A stretch of 64,000 bases of DNA, from NCBI GenBank assembly GCA_020184695.1, contig JAANOX010000205.1, positions 248,001 to 312,000 on the forward strand, written 5' to 3'. A program made the translations under genes and the position numbers. Positions 22,087 through 32,439 of this stretch are shown in pieces. Within the stretch, counting starts at the first letter, position 1. Each line of letters begins with the position of its first letter. This DNA is from Histomonas meleagridis 2922-C6/04-290x. Taxonomy: Eukaryota; Protista; Parabasalia. Below the pieces are notes generated by a model. The model made no database searches, was not told the origin of the DNA, and saw nothing but the letters and a program-made list of their open reading frames with translations.

Positions 22087-22671
22087 TCAGCAGCATTGCT
22101 TTTTCTCACCTTGGTCATTTTGCTCATCATTTACTTCGACAAATTCAGTCGTTTCGGGTTCATAACTTAATCCATCAAGTTCAACAACTTTACGGAACAT
22201 CTCGACAATGTTCTCACCTGTCTTTGCTGATGTTTCGATATAAAATTTGGCTCCGATTTTCTTGGCAAAGTCATTGATTTCATCCATATCACATTGATAT
22301 TCTTCTTCAGGAAGATCTTTTTTGTTGCCTACAAGAATAAGTGCTATGTCTTCTGGTGCCTTCTGTTCGATTAATGAATAAAATTGAGATAATGCATCAA
22401 ATGTTGATTTTCTTGTCAAATCAAAAACAAGAAAGGCAACACCAGCGCCATTGAAATACATTGGTGCTAGACTTCTATATCTCTCTTGACCTGCTGTATC
22501 CCATATGTTAAAAACAACTGATTTTGACTCAGTTTCAATTTTAACAGATAAATTAGCTGCACCAATTGTGGCAAACGTACTTTCATTAAATGTACCATGT
22601 ACAATTCTCTGTGCTATACAAGTTTTGCCAACACTTGCATCACCAACCAAAATTGCCTTCAGAGAAACCAT
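22087..22671 (-). CDS. Rab family small GTPase (Rab5-group-like)
   Basis: GDASVGKT, WDTAGQERYRSLAPMYF, NKKD, ETSAK and C-terminal CC prenylation motif. Confidence 0.95.
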   Translation of the reverse strand: MVSLKAILVGDASVGKTCIAQRIVHGTFNESTFATIGAANLSVKIETESKSVVFNIWDTAGQERYRSLAPMYFNGAGVAFLVFDLTRKSTFDALSQFYSLIEQKAPEDIALILVGNKKDLPEEEYQCDMDEINDFAKKIGAKFYIETSAKTGENIVEMFRKVVELDGLSYEPETTEFVEVNDEQNDQGEKKQCC

Positions 22672-23100
22672 TTGACATAAGTCGGTTGGAACGGTTTAAT
22701 TTGGGATTTTGGCTTGTAACTTTTTGAACTTTTTACACCTAATTGAAACAAACCGCTACTGTAGTTCCATTCAAAGCACCAAAAATTGCATTTTTCTGCT
22801 TAATATCCAAAATATCGAATATATTGTGATTTGTTAAATAAAACTGAACATAAGGATGTTGTTAGGTTCAATTGTATTTCATATTATTATATTTCAATCT
22901 TTCTGTTTCTCAAATTTGTAACATCTACATCAGAATGTGAATATTCAGACTGTAGAATCAATTTGTAAAGAGTAAAAATTCAACATGTCTAAGGAATGCT
23001 TTTCTTTAATAATATGGGAAAAGTTAATTTTAATTTTGATGATCTTGGGGAAAATCAAACAAAACATTTGACATTTTCAGCAGAAACAAAAAAAATTTAT

Positions 23101-23895
23101 TTATTCGATTTTTGCTGCAATTTTTATAACAGCTTCATTCAAGGATAAGTCGCCTTCTTTTTTCAAGATTTCCATATCGTTATTTCGATCTTTTTCAGGA
23201 GTGTTTAAAATCCAGTTTGTATAATCGTTTGGCTGATTGAATTGAATTGTTAATCTTTCATTCAATTCTCGTAGGATAATTTTCCATTTGTCAATAACTT
23301 CATCATACATTTCTGGTGCATTGATGAAAAGACACTGTGAGCGATATACCTTGAACCCAAGTGGGTAAAGCATACCATGTGTAACTGGATATAAAATTTC
23401 TTCGATTGATCCCATCATTGAATTAGGAGCAAATTGTTCTTGTTTTTTATCTGTAACAACTACGCAAAGAGCACTTTTCCCAGAAAAAGCACCTGTTTGG
23501 TAAAGCATAGTTGAAGAATAGAATTTACCAAATGTTACAACTCTTTCCCACCACGCAAAGAAATGAGAAGGAGGACCAAACCAACTTAGAGGTGTGAATA
23601 AAAGGAATAAATCACTTTCAAGGAATTTTTCTTGCTCTTCTTGAATTTTTGGTATCAGCGGTGAAACTAATTGTTCTGTTCGAAAATTAATGTGAATTGG
23701 ATCACTAATTTCAGTGAAATCAGAAGCGCTAAGGACATCGTTCCACCCGTCATTTGCAAGATCTGTTTTATGGATATGAATGTTTGCAGCTTTTAAAAAT
23801 TCTATAAATGAATTTGCAACCATTCTACATAGTGATTTATCAAATGTATTTGGATCTGCAATTAAAATGAATGCTTTTTTTTCATCGCTTTTCAT
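23101..23895 (-). CDS. NAD(P)H:quinone oxidoreductase, flavodoxin-2 fold (NQO1/NQO2/KefF-like)
   Basis: Motifs TDLANDGWNDVL, PLSWFGPPSHFFAWWERV, FSGKSALCVV and EEILYPVTHGMLYPLGFKV parallel the NQO motifs PLYWFSVPAILKGWMDRV and LWPLQHGTLHFCGFKV. Confidence 0.8.
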   Translation of the reverse strand: MKSDEKKAFILIADPNTFDKSLCRMVANSFIEFLKAANIHIHKTDLANDGWNDVLSASDFTEISDPIHINFRTEQLVSPLIPKIQEEQEKFLESDLFLLFTPLSWFGPPSHFFAWWERVVTFGKFYSSTMLYQTGAFSGKSALCVVVTDKKQEQFAPNSMMGSIEEILYPVTHGMLYPLGFKVYRSQCLFINAPEMYDEVIDKWKIILRELNERLTIQFNQPNDYTNWILNTPEKDRNNDMEILKKEGDLSLNEAVIKIAAKIE

Positions 23896-24482
23896 TTTTG
23901 TGTTGGTTTAAGCACTTTTTATAACGTATTTTTTATACGTGAATACAAAATCAACTCTCAACACATCCAAAAAAAAAAAAATCATCAGGTGTTTTTGTTT
24001 TAATGCTTTAAGTTGGTGTATAGCCATAATGAAAATAACTTTGATCACATGATCAACAATATCTTAAGATTTTAATAGTTAAAAACCAGCTGCTCACACC
24101 ATGACCCCCTTGTTAAAAGATAGAAAAGTTATTAAACTTATGGTATAAACAACTTTGTTCAGAAGAATCAAGATTTGATTTCCAAAAATTGAATCCATTC
24201 CAAGTTTTGAGACACGTGTGTTAGGCTAAGGCAATTGTTATCTTGAAACCCAAATCAAATCAAACTCAAAAAAAAAAAAAAAAGTTAAATGAATTTTTTA
24301 AAAAATACTATCATAACCTTTACATCTTTATATGAATTCATAGATACTTGTCTTTATATTTTTGCTATGCGGTGAATCTGTTGTAACTAATCACTTGCAA
24401 AACATTTTACGCAACCAAACAATTTATCGTAAACCGTTCAAAAGTTGTTGTAAACTAACGGTCGCAATTAATTCGAACAAAA

Positions 24483-25526
24483 ATGACATCTCTTGCTGCA
24501 AGAAGAAAAATAGGAATTCCGAAGTTAACAGCTCTTGAAACCAAACCCCCAAACAAGGAAGTAGAGCCTAAGCCACTTGTTCCTAAAACTGAACAAGGAA
24601 ATTCAAAGCATCATCAATTTGAGTTCCAAGATTTTGAGATCGGACCAAGTCTTGGATCAGGTGCATCATCTACTGTTTATAAAGCCATTCATATTCCCAC
24701 AGGAAAAGTATATGCCGTCAAAAAAATTGCATTTCATAATCAACCAAAAGAACTCACTCAACAAGTAGTTTCCGAGACTTATGCACTTCGTGTTCTATCC
24801 CATGAAAACATTGTTACACTTAACACTGTTATTTATCACAAAGGTTTTGTCTATATTGTAATGCCACTTATTGATGGCGGATCACTTTTCGATATGCTTC
24901 GATTTTCACCCATAGTACCCGAGGCTGCGTTAGGGCGTATTGCCTGGCAATGTCTCCAAGGTCTTTTATACATCCGAAAGAACAAATTTTTACATCGCGA
25001 TTTCAAACCTGGTAATATTCTTATCACCAAAAGCGGTGAAGTCAAAATCGCTGATTTTGGGATGGCCCGACAACTCAACCAATCGATTGATCAAGCGCAA
25101 TCATTTTTAGGGACAATCTGTTACATGTCACCTGAGCGACTTAATGAGAAAAAGTACAATTTCCAAAGCGATCTATGGAGTTTTGGCATTATTCTTTACC
25201 AATGCGCTTTGGGAAGATTTCCAATCTCATTTGGAGATTCTAAATCGCCAAACTATTGGGACTTAATCGGAAAGCTTACAACAGACATCGACGTCAAGCT
25301 CCCGCCGCAGTACAGTCCCGGGCTCACAGATCTGATCGCGTCGTGCCTCAGAATTGACCCCGCGAAGAGAGTTCCCGTCGAAAGGCTCGTCGAGCACCCG
25401 TGGGTCGTGCAGTTTCGGGACAAGAGCGCGAACGGGCCGCTGCTGCAGTGGATTGCGCAGTGCGAAAGGATAAGAAAGGAACAGGAAAGCGCTATGAGTA
25501 GGGAACTGATGGGAGCGCCAAAATAG
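24483..25526 (+). CDS. MAP kinase kinase (STE7 family)
   Basis: LGSGASSTV, HRDFKPGN, DFG, SFLGTICYMSPERL and DLWSFG. Confidence 0.9.
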   Translation: MTSLAARRKIGIPKLTALETKPPNKEVEPKPLVPKTEQGNSKHHQFEFQDFEIGPSLGSGASSTVYKAIHIPTGKVYAVKKIAFHNQPKELTQQVVSETYALRVLSHENIVTLNTVIYHKGFVYIVMPLIDGGSLFDMLRFSPIVPEAALGRIAWQCLQGLLYIRKNKFLHRDFKPGNILITKSGEVKIADFGMARQLNQSIDQAQSFLGTICYMSPERLNEKKYNFQSDLWSFGIILYQCALGRFPISFGDSKSPNYWDLIGKLTTDIDVKLPPQYSPGLTDLIASCLRIDPAKRVPVERLVEHPWVVQFRDKSANGPLLQWIAQCERIRKEQESAMSRELMGAPK

Positions 25527-26054
25527 TAATAAACTGATGTGTGACTGAGAATGCTTTTGGATGTGAAAATTGTGAAATTGTGTATATGATAAATATATTG
25601 GTGACTCACGTTAAATTTGATAGTTTTATCAGCAAAATGTGATATGTGTTTGATTTGCCTTACTAATATTTGTGATATATTTTATATGAATTATTAATTT
25701 ATTGATATTTTTTCGGAAATAATTTGTAATTTGTAAATTAAAATAATTATAACCAGGTTAGATTGTATATAACGTCTAATAATTTATCATTCCATAAAAA
25801 AAAATGTTGCATAACATAATCGATTTCTTACTATTAAAAATTTTATGCTATAGAATCTATTTCTGAAACTTTACAATTTTGACATTATTTTTTTTATTTT
25901 TGATAGGAAAAAAATCCGATTAAAAATTCGTTTTGATCACATCTTCGCATACAATAAACTTTTCTCATAGTTTTACTTGAAAGTTTGAGCCAATCATTTA
26001 ACTCAATTTTCAAACATCCAAATATGACTACGAAATGAATAATCAAAAAAAGAA

Positions 26055-29000
26055 ATGTTTATAATTATGATCGCTCATTCGTATGGATTTATAATATATG
26101 GAGAAAAATCTAATTTCAAAAACTGGATTGGAAACATAAGTATTGATATAGGTGATATAAAAACTAATTACACTTCCCCTTATTCATGGTTTGGAACTTT
26201 TGATATTCAAATTATGAATTTTGTTGTAAAAGAGATTGATATATTAGATATACAACACCAGTTTTGCACAGATCCTCAAACATCACAAAAAGGAATGAAA
26301 TTTAATGTAACTTTCACATCTAAAATTCAAGGCGACATAAAAATTATTCAAAATAAAAGAACAAGAATGCATATATCAGGAAATTTTAATATTTCCACAA
26401 GGAATCTTTCAGTCCAAATTGGTATTTACTTATATAAAGGAAAAGAAGGACTTATTGAAAATGTTATTTTAATTCCGAATTCGTGCACTGTTAAAATTCC
26501 TGAAATGTACTTCGCCTTCAAGATAAAAAAAGGAAAAGTAATTAATATTTTATTGAATTTTTTTAAAACATTTATTATTGGGAAAATAAAAGATAAAATA
26601 AAATATGTTTTATGCACATATGTTCCTAGTGCATTTGTTAATAAAATGTCTGAATTCTTTAATAAGACAAATGCAATTATAAAACCATTTCTAAATGAAT
26701 CTAAACCAATAAATATTCCCATTGAAAAACAAATGAATGATCTTAGATTGTCACCTATTATCAATGCTTTAAGATTCTTCTTAATTAAAATTATTGGTGT
26801 TCATGGTTCTGTCAATTTAAATAATTTAATAAATAAGCTATCAAGGAAAACAGGAAGTATTTCAATTTCTCAAACACTTAAATATTTTGGGTTTGAAATT
26901 CCAATTAAATTTGGTATTAAAATTCCTTATTTAGGATTAAAAAGTGATTTTTTAATTGAAGATTTAATTCTTTCTAAAATAAATTCTTGGAATAATTTTA
27001 ATATTGAACTATTAGATGCTCATACCCTTAATATTAAAACAGGTATGTATGATCTTGGAATTAATTTGAAAATTACTATCAACACAATGGTAGATAGATA
27101 TAATATTAATATAGGAAATAATTATTTAACAGAATCTGCTCAATTGAATATGTATATGACGAATAATTCTATGGAAATGCAATTACAAATTGCGGCTCCT
27201 ATTAATGTTGGAAAAAATTATACGAGTCAACAATTCTTAAATCTTGATTGTGTTAAACACCTTTTATCTTCTGATGAAACAGGAACAAAATTTTTGAATT
27301 TTAACACATCTATCAAAAAATTAGATTTATTTACAGAAAGTAGAGGATTAGAAATTAAAATACGAGAATTAATCAATAGCATTGTTGAATTATTTATTGA
27401 AAATTATTATGATGTTATTCCAATATTCATTAATTCATTCATTAATAAATATGGATTAACTTTTATTAATACAAAAATTAAAAGTCTAATTAAACCTAAT
27501 AAAACTTGTCCAATAATAAAAGAACCTCCATATTATGAATTTGTATTATGGACCACTCTTCTTGCTTTTGGTTGTGCATTTTTTATTGTAATCATTGTTA
27601 TTATCATTTTTTCAATTTTACAAAATAAAATTCATAAACAAAACGCAAAAAAATTAAAAAATGAAAACATTTTTGTTAATGGTATTTATATTTTTCCTCA
27701 AACAAATAAAGGTAAACCAACAAGTTTAATACTTTCACCTCGCATTTCACCATTTATTAGGATTTTAATTCCATTTCTAATTTTTATGAACATTGCTTTA
27801 TTTGTTTCATCTAATACTGGATATGGTGCATCAGTATTTATTAAATTTGCTATTGGAACAAAAATTATTTCTCTTCCATCGTTTTTCGATTTTGGCCTTG
27901 GAAATTCATTGAGAGAAATGTGGAAATCGAAAGCATATTCATTAACAATTTTAATTATTACATTTTCATGTGCATGGCCATATATTAAACTTTTAACGAT
28001 GTTATTCATTTGGATAATGCCTACAAAAGTATTTAGTAAAAGGAATCGTGAATGTTGGCTTAAAATACTTGATGGACTTGGAAAATGGTCTTTTTTGGAT
28101 TCATATGTAATGATTTTAATGCTTGTTGCATTTAACCTCAAAGTGAAAATGCCAAAAATTGATCCAAAAGTAAAAGGAAATTTTTCCTTCTTTCTTTGGG
28201 TTTATCCAGCATATGGATTCATTACATTAACACTCGGTACAATTATGTCATTAATACTTTCTCATGTTATATTAGCAATTGATAGATATGTTGATTCTTC
28301 AATGGAAGATACCAAACATGACAATGATAAACCAATTTCATTATTTCTGAAATGTAAAGATATTTATTTAAGATGGCTAACAACAATAATGTTACTAGCA
28401 ATTCTTGGTGTAATTATTCCAGGCATTATTTTCAAGTCATTTTCATTTCATGTTGTAGGTTTATTAGGCTGGATATTAAGTTTGATTCCTATATCAAATT
28501 ATGATGAATATTCAGTAATTGATTTAGCACGTGAAATTCCAGAATCAGCAGAATTTAGTAATTCATTTTGTATTCGTTTTACCCAGGTTTTATATATCCT
28601 TATTACAATTACTCTTCCAATAATTCATTCTTTGTTAATGATTTTATTATGGTTAGTTCCATTTAGAAGGAAAACTCAAAAAGCTTTATATAAGGCTTGC
28701 GAGGTTTTATATGCATGGAGTTGCTTAGATGTTTTTGTAGTAAGTGTAATTTCTGCTGTTTTCGAAATATCACAATTTGCTCAATTTATGGTTGGCGATA
28801 GATGTAAATTAGTTGATCCAATTGTAAAAAAGTTTTTCAGTGATGAAAAATTTATAAACGGACATGAAAAATGTTTTGAAGTGATAACGGTATTATTAAA
28901 GGGCTCATACATGATGTTTTCTGCTGCAATTCTTCATGATATTACAACAATTATTGTAAATATTGTTGCAAGGAAAGCATTGGAAAACAATTCAAATTAA
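26055..29000 (+). CDS. Multi-pass membrane protein with a large lumenal N-terminus and two PqiA-like transmembrane modules
   Basis: 981-aa ORF; FSCAWPYIKLL..LGKWSFLDSYV and WSCLDVFVVSVISA resemble PqiA KWSMLDVFV motifs. Confidence 0.65.
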   Translation: MFIIMIAHSYGFIIYGEKSNFKNWIGNISIDIGDIKTNYTSPYSWFGTFDIQIMNFVVKEIDILDIQHQFCTDPQTSQKGMKFNVTFTSKIQGDIKIIQNKRTRMHISGNFNISTRNLSVQIGIYLYKGKEGLIENVILIPNSCTVKIPEMYFAFKIKKGKVINILLNFFKTFIIGKIKDKIKYVLCTYVPSAFVNKMSEFFNKTNAIIKPFLNESKPINIPIEKQMNDLRLSPIINALRFFLIKIIGVHGSVNLNNLINKLSRKTGSISISQTLKYFGFEIPIKFGIKIPYLGLKSDFLIEDLILSKINSWNNFNIELLDAHTLNIKTGMYDLGINLKITINTMVDRYNINIGNNYLTESAQLNMYMTNNSMEMQLQIAAPINVGKNYTSQQFLNLDCVKHLLSSDETGTKFLNFNTSIKKLDLFTESRGLEIKIRELINSIVELFIENYYDVIPIFINSFINKYGLTFINTKIKSLIKPNKTCPIIKEPPYYEFVLWTTLLAFGCAFFIVIIVIIIFSILQNKIHKQNAKKLKNENIFVNGIYIFPQTNKGKPTSLILSPRISPFIRILIPFLIFMNIALFVSSNTGYGASVFIKFAIGTKIISLPSFFDFGLGNSLREMWKSKAYSLTILIITFSCAWPYIKLLTMLFIWIMPTKVFSKRNRECWLKILDGLGKWSFLDSYVMILMLVAFNLKVKMPKIDPKVKGNFSFFLWVYPAYGFITLTLGTIMSLILSHVILAIDRYVDSSMEDTKHDNDKPISLFLKCKDIYLRWLTTIMLLAILGVIIPGIIFKSFSFHVVGLLGWILSLIPISNYDEYSVIDLAREIPESAEFSNSFCIRFTQVLYILITITLPIIHSLLMILLWLVPFRRKTQKALYKACEVLYAWSCLDVFVVSVISAVFEISQFAQFMVGDRCKLVDPIVKKFFSDEKFINGHEKCFEVITVLLKGSYMMFSAAILHDITTIIVNIVARKALENNSN

Positions 29001-29143
29001 AGTAAATAAACTATTCTATCATTTTTATAGATATGCAAACATTTATAATTACAGTTTTAATTATTAATTTATGTTTTTTTTAAGAATTAAATAAACAATT
29101 CTATTAATTTTTTACTAAAATAAAACATATATTAAATATTCTT

Positions 29144-31870
29144 TCAGTCAATTTTCTTATGTTTATACTTTAATTCATCAATTACTTCACCGAAAGAATA
29201 GGCAAAGCGATGCCAATATAAGAAAATAATGGCATTTACCATTAGAGAAATACCGAAAAACAAAGATAGAACGATAGAAAACGGTTTCATCGGTGAATTT
29301 TTGATGTTGACCGTTATGATGGAGCTGATTTCGCAATAAGTTTGCTCAAAGCCAAGTAAAACAAGCTTAAACTCAACAACATCCGACGTGCCATCAAAAA
29401 TTATTCCATTACTGGTTGAATTCATAATTTGATATTCGGCCATTGGATCAAATGTAGTTTCAAGAGGAGATGTGGAAAAACAACTCTCATAATTTGCTTT
29501 AGACCAGCTTCCAATCGTTTTGAAGTTTTGCGGATTTCGATTACAACCAGCACTTTGGGCATTTAACTCGTACCGCATTCCTGTTGGTTTCAAAGGAATA
29601 AGAACAAAATCTTCAATGACATCTCCAGCTTCTACTCCATTATCAATTAATTTGATTTTTGGTCGAAATGGTGCTTGTCCATAAAATGCATCAAATTCAC
29701 ATTCATATTCATCACCATCTTCATCAGCATTTATACATTTCTTTCCATTGTATTCAACTTCAATTCTTAATTTTGGATTACATTTTGTTGAAACCTGTAG
29801 ATAATCGTGAAATTTTATTTGTTCACCATCTCTAACGAATAAACTAACAATTCCACTTCCAGTATTTTTAATAACTGTTTCATTGAAGCTTTGGTTGTGA
29901 ATCTTTTTTCTCGGAATAATTGTAACATTTATATCTACCAAAGAACAATTATTAAGTTCTTCAGTATTTTCGAATTCACTTGACAGTAAACTTAATTCAT
30001 TGCTACAAGTATGACTTTCACTATGATTAGTAACAACGATTAAATTTGGAGCACCCTGAACGATATATGACAGGGGTGCCTCATGGAAAACCGCCAGCCG
30101 ATAACTTAGTGTCAAATTTTTGTAAAGATCGAGATATTCGAATTGATTATGTTTTGAGCAAGACAAACAAATTACATTATGTTGAATAGGTTTTTCAAGA
30201 TTAGTAAATATATATTTAGTTTCTATTGAGTTTGAAGATTCATTAAAATAAATAGCATAAAGATTTCCATCACGGAAAAATATATCCAAAGAATTTGAGT
30301 TTGAAGGAGACCAAAGTAACTTAACATCATTTGTTAAGTAATTTCCGAAATAAATTTTATGGTAATTTGTGACAAAAGCGTAAAAATTCGAATTCCCAAA
30401 AATTAAATTTATAATTATTTCATTATATTTAAAATTCGGGATTTTAACATTATGGAAAACAGTGAAATTAAATGTCAGCAAAAGTTTGCTTCCATATAAC
30501 ATAAATATTCCGTCTTTAGATGCAGCAATTTTTGGTTGATGAATTGTATCTAAGAATGATATCAATAAATTATTTGTTTTCAAGTTGTATATTGCACAAC
30601 CAATTTGATTTTGTTTTGAGTTTTCTTGGAAAATAGCAATTAATACATTTGGAAAGATACAAAAATCATAAATTTGATCAACTTTATTTTCGAGTTGTGT
30701 CAAACGAATTGGTAACTTATTAAAGTTTAGTGAATAATAAATAGTTTTATTTCCTATTAGATATGCAAATACATCATTTTCAGTTGACTTTTTATGCTTC
30801 AAATCAGTAAACGCACATAAATTACTCGTTTTAAGAATAGTAACATTATCTTCAATAAGTTTAATCCATTTGCCATTCTTTGAGTAAAAGATATTTGTTG
30901 AATTTGTCGCAATGATATGACGAGGCGTAAAATGAAGAGAATTTAAATTTAAAATTGTCGTTTCGTTATCATTCGGTATTACATGAACAAAACTTTCAAA
31001 TAATGAATTCGTAACAAATGAGTTATGATTAATTACATATGCAGCAATGTTATTAAAACATTTTCCTTGTGTTATAGTTGGGAAATGTTCTTGAATTTCT
31101 TCGTCAATATTATTTACCTTTTGAAATAAATTAGAAAAATTACGAATTAATGAAGTACAATAAAATTCACTTGAAAAACTCGATACTTCACTAAAGAAAT
31201 CTGAAATATGATTCCCAGTGATAGTGAATGAATGTGGAAATATATCATTAATTGGAATCATGGCTTCCCAATAAAACTTTTCTTTGTTAAACTTGAACTC
31301 TTTTTCAAAATAAGAATTGCCATCAATTGTTAAAAGTGGCGACTCTCCAAGTGTGTGAAATCTTTTGGTGATAATTTTCGAGGAATTAGAAGGTTCGGTT
31401 GCAATTCGTTCATATTCATATTTATCATATGGATGATTTGAAGAATGTGTGGAACTGATAATCCATACTCGAAGTGATATCGTGGTATCCTCATTTTGAA
31501 AACATAAAGAGGAATTCAAACAATATTCATTAACATAGTTGTAGCTATTTGTAGTAGCATACCATGAGTAACGATTTGAAATTTCGCCAACTGCAAAATC
31601 AATTTCTAATTTTGGATTGGTAGGATGTGATTTCAAAACATAACTACCTGGAAGAGGACATTGAAAATAATAAACGCTTTCGGTCGGAGAAGTGGCGTTT
31701 TTGCATCCATCCGAAACTGTCCAATTGAGATTATCACAATTTGAAATACATTCAGCCTTAAATGTTGTATAAGGCCCGGGAACCAAATTTTGTGGAAAAG
31801 ACACAGGACTAAAAGTCCCAAAGTTATCTATGTCTGCTGAAGAAAAAAGAGGAAAAAGAAAAATTATCAT
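29144..31870 (-). CDS. Type I membrane protein resembling CatSper auxiliary subunit epsilon/delta
   Basis: Signal peptide; LRVWII..TEPSNSSKIITKRFHTLGESP; PFRPKIKL..DFVL; AGC..PQNF; W..NY..CF; YQIMNST; YCEI; single C-terminal TM. Similarity is judged from recalled CATSPERE motifs, not from a search. Confidence 0.6.
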   Translation of the reverse strand: MIIFLFPLFSSADIDNFGTFSPVSFPQNLVPGPYTTFKAECISNCDNLNWTVSDGCKNATSPTESVYYFQCPLPGSYVLKSHPTNPKLEIDFAVGEISNRYSWYATTNSYNYVNEYCLNSSLCFQNEDTTISLRVWIISSTHSSNHPYDKYEYERIATEPSNSSKIITKRFHTLGESPLLTIDGNSYFEKEFKFNKEKFYWEAMIPINDIFPHSFTITGNHISDFFSEVSSFSSEFYCTSLIRNFSNLFQKVNNIDEEIQEHFPTITQGKCFNNIAAYVINHNSFVTNSLFESFVHVIPNDNETTILNLNSLHFTPRHIIATNSTNIFYSKNGKWIKLIEDNVTILKTSNLCAFTDLKHKKSTENDVFAYLIGNKTIYYSLNFNKLPIRLTQLENKVDQIYDFCIFPNVLIAIFQENSKQNQIGCAIYNLKTNNLLISFLDTIHQPKIAASKDGIFMLYGSKLLLTFNFTVFHNVKIPNFKYNEIIINLIFGNSNFYAFVTNYHKIYFGNYLTNDVKLLWSPSNSNSLDIFFRDGNLYAIYFNESSNSIETKYIFTNLEKPIQHNVICLSCSKHNQFEYLDLYKNLTLSYRLAVFHEAPLSYIVQGAPNLIVVTNHSESHTCSNELSLLSSEFENTEELNNCSLVDINVTIIPRKKIHNQSFNETVIKNTGSGIVSLFVRDGEQIKFHDYLQVSTKCNPKLRIEVEYNGKKCINADEDGDEYECEFDAFYGQAPFRPKIKLIDNGVEAGDVIEDFVLIPLKPTGMRYELNAQSAGCNRNPQNFKTIGSWSKANYESCFSTSPLETTFDPMAEYQIMNSTSNGIIFDGTSDVVEFKLVLLGFEQTYCEISSIITVNIKNSPMKPFSIVLSLFFGISLMVNAIIFLYWHRFAYSFGEVIDELKYKHKKID

Positions 31871-32439
31871 TGAGATGATTCAATTGGTAACTGGCCAATC
31901 ATTTCAAATGGATTTGAGCTGCATTTTTTCTGAACAATAAATGAATGATTTTCGATCGTCTGAAGTGATTGTACAATATTTAAAAAGTGAAAATACCGAT
32001 CCCACTTTTCGAGTCGGAAAAGATTTTGTTCACAGCAGCAATGTGCTGATTGATTTTTCATATATTAGAGATCTAAAACGAAGGCAGCTTCTGCCCCAAA
32101 ATTCCAGACATAAGTAAAGCCCACCTTCTATGAATTTTTATTCTAAGATGAGAAATTTTTCTGTAAACTTTATAATTACAAGCAGTTAAAATGTCTAAAA
32201 ATTTCAAATATGCTGATTCAAAAAGAGTTCTAAATAAAACTTATTAATTGCCACTATATATGTATTTTGAGATTGTGGATTTTTCACAAAAAACTTTATA
32301 TAATTAAAAAAAAAAAATTTGAATAAAATTGCTTTTAAAATTTCATTCTGGCAATTCATATGCTTTAGTTTCATCTAGAATCTCATTTTTTTCTAAAATA
32401 TCCTCAGCGTATAAATATGGTGCGGGATCAATCATATCA

